Assembly (NCBI GenBank): GCA_036493895.1
Contig: DASXOZ010000070.1
Coordinates: forward strand, 38,868 to 102,867
Origin: Candidatus Binatia bacterium
Lineage (GTDB): Bacteria; Desulfobacterota; Binatia; UBA1149; CAITLU01
Direction: 5' to 3'
DNA length: 64,000 bases
Under the pieces are notes generated by a model. It worked only from the letters and a program-made list of their open reading frames with translations. It was not told the DNA's origin and did not search any database. This document shows, piece by piece, positions 57,459-64,000 of this stretch. The position numbers were made by a program, and so were the translations under genes. Every line of letters starts with the position of its first letter. Position 1 is the first letter of the stretch.

Positions 57459-58271
57459 TCAGCGTCCCTTGAAGTTCGGCTTACGCTTTTCCTTGAAGGC
57501 CCTTGGGCCTTCCTTGGCATCCTCAGTCGAGAAAACTTCCATGCCGAGGCGCATCTCGAGCTCGCGGGCGTCGTCCTCTCGCATCCCGTCGGCCTCGAGC
57601 ACCGCGCGCTTGATGTTGCGCACGGCCACCGGGCCGTTCTCCGCGATGCGCGCCGCAATGGCGCGCGCTGTCTCCAGTGCCTTGCCGTCCGCAACGACGC
57701 GCCCGATGAGCCCCATCTCCAGCGCCTCTTTCGCGCTGTAATGGTCGCCCGTCAGCAGCACCTCCATCGCGCGCGTGAACGGGATCTGGCGCGGAAGCCG
57801 CGTCGTCGAGCCACCCTGGGGAAACAGGCCCCAACGCACCTCGGAGACGCCGAGCTTGCTGCTCTCGGCCGCTACCCGGATGTCGGTGGCCTGCAGGATC
57901 TCCACTCCGCCGGCGATGCAGGAGCCCTCGATCGCCGCGATCAAAGGCTTGATCGTGCGCTTCGAGCGCAGCAGGCCGCGGAAGATCACCTGGTAGTCGT
58001 CGCGGATCCTCTGTTCCCAGTCGTTCTCCGGCGGAAGGCCCTTGAGGGAGCGCGAGACGAGCTTGTCCAGATCAGCGCCGGCGCAGAAGTGACCGTGGGA
58101 GCCGGTGAGGATCGCGACGCGGATGTCGTCGTCGCTGTCGATGAGATCCCACGCGTCGGCCAGGCGGCAGATCATCTCCGGGTTGAGCGCGTTGCGCGCT
58201 TCCGGACGGTTCATCACGACCGTGACGACGTGGCCGTCGCGTTCGACTAGAAGCGCGGGTTGTTCGGACAC
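57459..58271 (-). CDS. Enoyl-CoA hydratase (echA19-like by context)
   Basis: Crotonase motifs (FCAGADL, AIEGSCIAGG). Confidence 0.8.
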   Translation of the reverse strand: MSEQPALLVERDGHVVTVVMNRPEARNALNPEMICRLADAWDLIDSDDDIRVAILTGSHGHFCAGADLDKLVSRSLKGLPPENDWEQRIRDDYQVIFRGLLRSKRTIKPLIAAIEGSCIAGGVEILQATDIRVAAESSKLGVSEVRWGLFPQGGSTTRLPRQIPFTRAMEVLLTGDHYSAKEALEMGLIGRVVADGKALETARAIAARIAENGPVAVRNIKRAVLEADGMREDDARELEMRLGMEVFSTEDAKEGPRAFKEKRKPNFKGR

Positions 58272-58342
58272 GACAGATCCTCCTGGTCGGATAGCGTCGC
58301 GAAGGCCGCATCGGCCGCTCGCGACGGCGGCAAAACGAGATT

Positions 58343-59962
58343 TCAGGAAGCCTTGGCCGCCTCACCCGCTGCGTAGCTTGCGGCCCAGCGGTAGTCGGGC
58401 TTGCCGCTCGGCTGCCTCTCGACGCGCTCGACGAAGCTCACGAAGCGCGGAACCTTGTAGCCGGCAACCTTGGTGCGGCAATGGCGGTCGAGGTCTTCGA
58501 TGCTCGCGGCTGCGCCGGGGCGAAGCTGCACGAGTGCCGCGACGCGCTGGCCCCAGCGCTCGTCGGGAATGCCGACGACGACGGCGTCGAGCACCCCGCC
58601 GTGGGCCTTCAGTGCTGCTTCGACTTCCTCGGGAAAAATCTTCTCGCCGCCGCTGTTGATGCACACCGAGCCGCGGCCGAACACGCGGATGCTTCCGTCG
58701 CTCTCGACGGTGGCAAGATCGCCGGGCATCACCCATCGCACGCCGTCGATCTCGAAGAAGGTTTTCGCCGTCTTCTCCGGGTCGTTGTAGTAGCCGACCG
58801 GAATGTGGCCGCGCCGCGCGAGCCGTCCGATGACGCCCGAGCCCGGCACCACGGGCTTCCTGTCGTCGTCGAACACGCAGTTGGTCTCGTTCATGAAGAA
58901 CAGCGGCTCCTTGCCGGTGCCGTGTCCGGTTCCCTGCATCATCGAGCCCTGGTGCCCGGTCTCGGTCGCGCCGAAGCTGTCGACGATCATCGTGTTCGGG
59001 AAAGCCTTGCGAAGCTGTTCCTTGACCGCTTCCGAAAGCACGGCGCCGGCCGAGCCGACTACGAACACCGACGACATGTCGACCTGGTCTCCCATCGCCT
59101 CCACTGCTTCGCCGAGCGGACGGGCCATCGCGTCGCCGACCAACGTCAGCGTGTTCACCTTCTCGTCGGCGATCAGGCGTGCGACGGTCTTCGGCTCGAA
59201 GCTCTTCCCACGCTGCAGCACGACCTTGCCGCCGCCGAAAAAGCCGATGAGCGAAGCCCATTCGGCGGCTCCGTGAATCAACGGCGCCGCAGCGAGAACC
59301 GTGAGCCCCATGCCGCCGCGCACGATGCCCTCGAGCTCTTCCCCTTTCGCGATCGGAGGTCCTCCCGGGTTGCCGCCCTGCAGCCCGGCGTAGAACACGT
59401 CCTCGTGCGGCCACATGACGCCTTTCGGCATCCCCGTCGTGCCGCCGGTGTAGATGATGTAGAGGTCCTTGCCGGAGCGCGGCGCGAAACCGCGCCCGGG
59501 GCTGCCCGCTGCGAGCGCGTCTTCGTATCGCACGGCGCCGGTGACGACGCGCTCGGCATCGCTCGTGTCCTCCACCTCGACGAGCGCCCGCAACTTCGGC
59601 AGGCGGGCGAGAAGCGGCAGCAGCCGTGAGCCGAGCTCGCGCTGGAAGAAGAGCGCCGTGACGTCGCTGTCCTTCAGCAGATACTCGAGCTCCTCCTCGA
59701 CGTAGCGGTAGTTCACGTTGACCGGTACCGCGCGAATCTTGAACGTCGCGAGCATCGCGACGAGGTATTCGTCGCAATTGTACAGGTACATGCCGACGTG
59801 CTGGCCGGGAGCGACCCCGCGATCCCGCAAAAAGTGCGCGAGGCGGTTCACCTGGGCGTCGAGCGCGGCGTACGAATAGCGCCGGCCGGCGCAAACGAGC
59901 GCTTCGCGCTCGGGAGCCGTGTCCACCACGAGCTCGAAAAGGTCGGCGATATTCAGCTCCAC
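58343..59962 (-). CDS. AMP-dependent acyl-CoA synthetase (fadD19/fadD3-like by context)
   Basis: YTGGTTGMPKGV AMP-binding motif. GTG start with a GAGGAGG RBS. Confidence 0.8.
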   Translation of the reverse strand: MELNIADLFELVVDTAPEREALVCAGRRYSYAALDAQVNRLAHFLRDRGVAPGQHVGMYLYNCDEYLVAMLATFKIRAVPVNVNYRYVEEELEYLLKDSDVTALFFQRELGSRLLPLLARLPKLRALVEVEDTSDAERVVTGAVRYEDALAAGSPGRGFAPRSGKDLYIIYTGGTTGMPKGVMWPHEDVFYAGLQGGNPGGPPIAKGEELEGIVRGGMGLTVLAAAPLIHGAAEWASLIGFFGGGKVVLQRGKSFEPKTVARLIADEKVNTLTLVGDAMARPLGEAVEAMGDQVDMSSVFVVGSAGAVLSEAVKEQLRKAFPNTMIVDSFGATETGHQGSMMQGTGHGTGKEPLFFMNETNCVFDDDRKPVVPGSGVIGRLARRGHIPVGYYNDPEKTAKTFFEIDGVRWVMPGDLATVESDGSIRVFGRGSVCINSGGEKIFPEEVEAALKAHGGVLDAVVVGIPDERWGQRVAALVQLRPGAAASIEDLDRHCRTKVAGYKVPRFVSFVERVERQPSGKPDYRWAASYAAGEAAKAS

Positions 59963-59972
59963 CGTTTCCTCC

Positions 59973-61130
59973 TCAGCGCTTTTCGGAGCCGACCATCCAC
60001 ATCGAGAAGAACTGGGAGCCGCCGCCGTAGGCGTGGCCGAGTGCCAGCTTCGCACCGGACACCTGGTGCTCGCCGGCGCGGCCGCTCACCTGCATCGCCG
60101 CTTCGGCGAAACGCAGCATTCCCGAAGCCCCGATCGGATTGGACGAAAGCACGCCGCCCGACGGATTGATCGGCATGTCGCCGTCGAACGCCGTGGCGCC
60201 TTCGAGCGTCATCTTCCAGCCCTCGTTCTCCGGCGCGAACCCGAGGTTCTCCATCCACATCGGCTCGTACCATGAAAACGGCACGTAGATTTCCGCGCAG
60301 TCGATGTCCTCGCGCGGATTGCGAACACCTGCCTGGCGGTAGACCGAGGCCGCGCACTCGCGGCCTGCGCGCGGATTGATCTGGTTGCGGCCGGGAAACA
60401 TCGTCGGCTCGCTCTTCATCGCGGTTCCAAGCACCCATGCCGGCTTCTTCGGCGTCTTCCTGGCGGCCTGCTCGTCGGCCAGCACCATCGCGCAGGCGCC
60501 GTCCGAAGACGGGCAGCACTCCAGATAGTGCAGCGGGTCCCACAGCAGCGGCGAGTTGGCGACCGTCTCGATGTCGATGTCCGGGAGATGCAAATGCGCG
60601 AACGGATTTCGCATCGCGTTCTTGCGGTCCTTGACTGCAACGCGAAGCCCGACGTCGGCCGGTGCCTTGGAGCGCTGGATGTAGGAGCGGATGATCGGTG
60701 CGAAGTACCCGCCGGCTCCGGCCACCAGCGGCGGCTGGAACGGGATTTTCGGCGTGATCGCCCACGTGGCCTCGCTCTCCGACTGCTTCTCGAACGCGAC
60801 GGTCAGCACCCGCGAGAACTGGCCCGACTGGACCAGGTGCGCGGCAACGAGCGCCGTCGAGCCGCCGACACTGCCGGCAGTGTGCACGCGGATCATCGGC
60901 TTGCCGACGGCGCCGAGCGCATCGGCCAGGTAGAGCTCCGGCTGCATGACGCCCTCGAACATGTCGGGGGCTTTTCCGATCACCAGCGCCTCGACGTCCT
61001 TCCACGAAAGGTCGCAATCCTCGAGAGCGGCGATCGCGGCTTCGCGCACCAGGCCGACCATCGAAAGATCGCCGCGCTTGGCGGCGTGGCGGGTTTGACC
61101 GACTCCGACGACGGCGCACCAGCGACCCAT
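59973..61130 (-). CDS. Thiolase-like protein lacking the nucleophilic Cys (Ltp/aldolase-type)
   Basis: Thiolase fold, but HTAGSVGGSTAL occupies the place of the Cys motif. RBS GGAGGGAGAG. Confidence 0.7.
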   Translation of the reverse strand: MGRWCAVVGVGQTRHAAKRGDLSMVGLVREAAIAALEDCDLSWKDVEALVIGKAPDMFEGVMQPELYLADALGAVGKPMIRVHTAGSVGGSTALVAAHLVQSGQFSRVLTVAFEKQSESEATWAITPKIPFQPPLVAGAGGYFAPIIRSYIQRSKAPADVGLRVAVKDRKNAMRNPFAHLHLPDIDIETVANSPLLWDPLHYLECCPSSDGACAMVLADEQAARKTPKKPAWVLGTAMKSEPTMFPGRNQINPRAGRECAASVYRQAGVRNPREDIDCAEIYVPFSWYEPMWMENLGFAPENEGWKMTLEGATAFDGDMPINPSGGVLSSNPIGASGMLRFAEAAMQVSGRAGEHQVSGAKLALGHAYGGGSQFFSMWMVGSEKR

Positions 61131-62197
61131 CACTCTCCCTCCAGGATGCAGACGAGGTTCTGTTGAAGACACGGTCCCGCGGTTGCGTGTGCGAGAGCGC
61201 GCCGTGCCTCGCCTTTGTGAACGCGCGAAGCTGCTTCGCCGATGCGGATCAGGCCCGCGACCATCATCGGATTGGCCGCCAGCGCGCCACCCGACGGATT
61301 GATGCGCGTCTTGCTGTCGAGTCCCAGCTCGCGCCGCAGAAGGATCTCCTGGTGCGTGAACGGAGCGTAAATCTCGGCGACGTCGATCGGCGCAGCCGAT
61401 ACGCCCGCCTTCTCGGCCGCGATCCGCGCCGACGGGCACTTGGTAAGGTCGCGCACGCCGAGGTTCTGGGCGTCGACGCGGTGGTCGAGGCCACGGATCC
61501 ACGCCGGCGTGCGGCCGTTCTTCTCGCAGAGGCCGCGCGCCACGTCACCGGCGGCCAGCACGATCGCTGCAGCGCCGTCGGAGATTGGCGGACAGTCGTG
61601 GCGACGAAGCGGCGAGGAGATGCACGGCTCGGCAAGCAGCGCGTCGACGGAGAAATCGCCGCTCAGCTGCGCGTACGGGTTTTGCCTAGCGTCGCGGCGG
61701 CTTCGCACGGCCACTTCGGCCATCTCGCGCTCGCTCGTGAGTCCGGCGTCGATCATCGCGCGGGCCTGAAGCGCGGCGACGCTGATCGAATCGGGCCACA
61801 GCGGCGCGACGAGGTAGGGATCGAGCTGAAGCGTCAGCACGTCGGGAAGATCGCCGACCGACGATTTGCCGAAGCAGAACACCAGAGCCGAGTCGATGTC
61901 GCCGTGCTGGAGGCGAGTGAACGCCTCGGCCATCGCCCAGGCTCCGTCCATCTCGACGTGCGATTCTTCGATCGGAGGCCAGGCCCCTACTCCGTCGAGG
62001 GCCATCACGAACGAGAATGGCACGCCGGCCAGGTAGTCGCAGCTTCCCGAGACGGTAAATCCGATGCGGTCGCGCGAAAGGCCGGACGCCGCCACCACTT
62101 CGGCAACCACCGGCATCAGGATCTCGACTTCGTTGCGAAGGATGTCGCGGCGCACCGAGCGCGCCTGCGCGAAGGAGACGACAGCGACTTCGCGCAT
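61130..62197 (-). CDS. Thiolase-like protein (Ltp3/Ltp4-type partner)
   Basis: Thiolase fold. TGATG overlaps at both ends. RBS AAGGAG. Confidence 0.7.
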   Translation of the reverse strand: MREVAVVSFAQARSVRRDILRNEVEILMPVVAEVVAASGLSRDRIGFTVSGSCDYLAGVPFSFVMALDGVGAWPPIEESHVEMDGAWAMAEAFTRLQHGDIDSALVFCFGKSSVGDLPDVLTLQLDPYLVAPLWPDSISVAALQARAMIDAGLTSEREMAEVAVRSRRDARQNPYAQLSGDFSVDALLAEPCISSPLRRHDCPPISDGAAAIVLAAGDVARGLCEKNGRTPAWIRGLDHRVDAQNLGVRDLTKCPSARIAAEKAGVSAAPIDVAEIYAPFTHQEILLRRELGLDSKTRINPSGGALAANPMMVAGLIRIGEAASRVHKGEARRALAHATAGPCLQQNLVCILEGE

Positions 62198-62709
62198 CAG
62201 AGGTGCTCCTTGAACGACTCGTACGTCGCGTCCGGTTCGCCGGTCGGCTTCATGTAGCGAATATTCTCGAGCGAAGGCTTGCGCTCGGAGGGCTCGCACC
62301 AGACGGCCTCGACGCGCATTCCCGGGCGAACTTCTTCGACCGGGCACTCGGCCAGCAGGCAGAAGAACGGCAGGTCGGCTCCGTCGAGCACCACCGACGC
62401 GCAAACGTAGGGAATCTCGACCGCCTGGCCGTAAAACGGAAGATTGACGACGCAGAACGTCGTCACGGTTCCCTTCGCCGAAAGCTCGACCTGCTCTTTG
62501 GTCGGGATCGCGCAGGTGGCGCAGGAGCCGCGCGGCGGCATGTAGACCTTGCCGCACTTCGGGCAGCGCTCGGCCAGGATGCGCCCTTCGAGGATGCCGC
62601 GAAGGAAGCGTGTCGGCGCCTCGCCCGGAGTGATCGTGTAATCGAGTCGCGACGGGATCGTCACCATCTTGATCGGATCGGGAAGCGGCCTTCCTTGCTG
62701 CGTGCTCAC
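62197..62709 (-). CDS. DUF35 protein with rubredoxin-like zinc ribbon and OB fold
   Basis: CPKCGKVYMPPRGSCATC zinc ribbon plus an OB fold. GTG start overlaps the upstream stop by GTGA. Confidence 0.7.
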   Translation of the reverse strand: MSTQQGRPLPDPIKMVTIPSRLDYTITPGEAPTRFLRGILEGRILAERCPKCGKVYMPPRGSCATCAIPTKEQVELSAKGTVTTFCVVNLPFYGQAVEIPYVCASVVLDGADLPFFCLLAECPVEEVRPGMRVEAVWCEPSERKPSLENIRYMKPTGEPDATYESFKEHL

Positions 62710-63176
62710 GACTTTGCCTCCGCCGGCTCGAAGCATTCGATGTCGGAGATCCCGCCCTTGCGCTCGGCGCGCCAGCGCACGCGCACGCGCATTCCGGTCT
62801 TCATCCGTTTTTCGTCTCCCGCATCGACGGCGTGCAGCAGCGACGTCGTCGCCCCGTCCAGCTTCACGAGCGCCCATGCGAACGGCTTCTGCAGCGGATG
62901 TTTCGCGCGCGGCGCCTCGACCCACGACCAGGTCGTCACGACGCCGGTGTCGCCGACGTCGAGCATTTCGGTCAGCGATTCGGTCGTCACCGGGTCGTAC
63001 TCGCTCGGCGGTACCAGCACCGAGCCGCCGGCGCCGCGGATGCCGAGGATGCGGCCTTCGCGCAGGCCGGCCAGAAAGGTGCCGATGACCCGGCCGACCG
63101 AGCGCGTATAGGGGTATTCGAGGGTGTGCACCGCCGAGAGCACGCCCTCGTAGTGCTTGAGCTTGTCCTGGCCCAT
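62706..63176 (-). CDS. DUF35 OB-fold protein (second copy)
   Basis: OB-fold DUF35 sequence. Start Met uncertain (63176 with GGAGG, or 63239). Confidence 0.6.
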   Translation of the reverse strand: MGQDKLKHYEGVLSAVHTLEYPYTRSVGRVIGTFLAGLREGRILGIRGAGGSVLVPPSEYDPVTTESLTEMLDVGDTGVVTTWSWVEAPRAKHPLQKPFAWALVKLDGATTSLLHAVDAGDEKRMKTGMRVRVRWRAERKGGISDIECFEPAEAKS

Positions 63177-63231
63177 GGTCCTCCGAAAAGCGGGGTCAGG
63201 CTCCGGCCCCCCGGACTCGCCTGACCCCGAC

Positions 63232-63245
63232 TGAAACATGTTCTA
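63232..63245. promoter_or_regulatory. Second KstR-type operator TGAAACATGTTCTA, 56-69 nt upstream of the DUF35-thiolase-fadD-echA operon
   Basis: Fits TnnAACnnGTTnnA and differs from the 32284 site at a single position. Confidence 0.55.
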
Positions 63246-63375
63246 CCGCCTTCTACACGGACCGGGATTCTCTGCCAACAGGGGTCCGGGCTGGTCCCTG
63301 ACCATTCCTGTGGTGCCTGACCCCATTCCTCTGGTGCCTGACCCCATTCCGTAAATGGAATGTTTCTGTCCTGGG

Positions 63376-64000
63376 CTAATCGAGTGACAACCAGAGACGG
63401 AGCAGGTGGCGGCGCTTGGCGGGCTGCGGCCAGTCTTCGTAGGCGGTGCGGGCGTGGACGATCGTGTGGTTGGAGATGAGCTGGATGTCGCCGGCCTCGA
63501 AGCTCATGTCGAGATAAAGGTCGGGCGACGCGGCGATCTCGTCGTAGAGATCCATCAGCTCACGCTCTTCGGCAGTGAATCGCGGCGCCGCGGCGTGACG
63601 CTCCACCGAGCGGAAGTAGTCGCTGTGCCAGAACGTGCGCAGGCTCGTGCCGTCGTAGCAGCACGGCTGCACCGGAACCCACGGCATGCTCTCGTTGCGC
63701 GCCTCGTCGCGCGTATCCAGCAGGAAGGTCCCGTACAGGCGCCGGACGAGGTCGGGACGGCGCCGCGACAGCTCGTCGTGCACGGCCACCGAGCTGGCGA
63801 TGCGGCTTGCGCCTCCGCTGCGCGCCGGCTGCAGGCACAGCAGGCCGACGACGTCGGCAAGATCGCAGTGGAACGCGATGTCGGCGGCGGTCCTGTACTT
63901 GCGCACGTACGGATTGGCAGAGTCCTCTCCGTAATCGCGCACGTGGCCGAGAAGCTCGTTCTGCGGATTCTGCGCTCCGGGCATTCCAAGATGGTGCCCG
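63376..64000 (-). CDS. TauD/TfdA-family Fe(II)/2-oxoglutarate dioxygenase; the N-terminus runs off the window end
   Basis: HCDLAD His-x-Asp metal motif and TauD-like C-terminus. The reading frame continues past 64000. Confidence 0.7.
   Translation of the reverse strand, partial: GHHLGMPGAQNPQNELLGHVRDYGEDSANPYVRKYRTAADIAFHCDLADVVGLLCLQPARSGGASRIASSVAVHDELSRRRPDLVRRLYGTFLLDTRDEARNESMPWVPVQPCCYDGTSLRTFWHSDYFRSVERHAAAPRFTAEERELMDLYDEIAASPDLYLDMSFEAGDIQLISNHTIVHARTAYEDWPQPAKRRHLLRLWLSLD

Noticed and set aside
57411-58250. 279-aa plus-strand ORF starting in the AT-rich island
   Set aside because: It is antisense to a well-supported enoyl-CoA hydratase and has no RBS or family signature.
1-64000. 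Mobile elements, prophage, integrase, transposase or IS inverted repeats
   Set aside because: No family signature was found in any frame. The AT-rich island at 57.3 kb is only about 140 bp and has no flanking direct repeats.

Overview
This is a 64 kb high-GC (about 68-70%) bacterial chromosomal segment with no rRNA, tRNA, CRISPR array, transposase or integrase. Gene starts were placed by counting residues in the supplied ORF track and checking for RBS or 4-nt overlaps, so they carry a few nt of uncertainty. Many long track ORFs are GC-driven frame artefacts lying opposite recognisable genes.

The first ~31 kb is a Gram-negative-type housekeeping backbone. On the minus strand: infB(partial)-ylxR-nusA-rimP, greA, yqeY, plsB, a mannose-1-P guanylyltransferase, and a band7-queA-tgt-yajC-secD-secF-methyltransferase chain. 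Also here are udg4-coaBC, a ferredoxin, ispB, an ExeA-like AAA ATPase carrying a SPOR domain, and holA. Plus-strand genes include an RluD-like pseudouridine synthase, trmI, queG and nadA.

From about 31.7 kb the content switches to lipid and sterol metabolism:
- A clear KstR ortholog (TetR) sits at 32307..32921, with a TnnAACnnGTTnnA operator at 32284 and a second copy at 63232.
- A KshA-like Rieske oxygenase follows the repressor.
- A neutral-lipid island comprises a second PlsB, a WS/DGAT, and a divergent HAD-IB/PlsC fusion, next to a membrane-anchored spermidine-synthase-like protein.
- Sterol side-chain beta-oxidation genes are present: a CYP125-like P450 with ferredoxin, echA, fadD, two thiolase-like genes and two DUF35 genes (ltp3/ltp4-like), and a MaoC pair with an SCP2 thiolase (chsH/ltp2-like).
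- A second TetR (KstR2-like), thioesterases, an MFS transporter, a VOC protein, a CMD-family protein, a 2-hydroxyacid dehydrogenase, lnt, a gamma-carbonic anhydrase, a secreted alpha/beta hydrolase and a partial TauD complete the region.

Adjacent genes are very often coupled through GTGA, ATGA or TGATG overlaps. Noncoding features include:
- an in-frame 12-bp x7 repeat encoding (PD[IV]L)n at a HAD hydrolase N-terminus;
- a 27-bp x4 tandem hairpin repeat between convergent genes;
- direct and inverted repeat clusters at several promoters;
- a GNRA-tetraloop hairpin ahead of an RBS;
- a 140-bp AT-rich island;
- several Rho-independent terminators.
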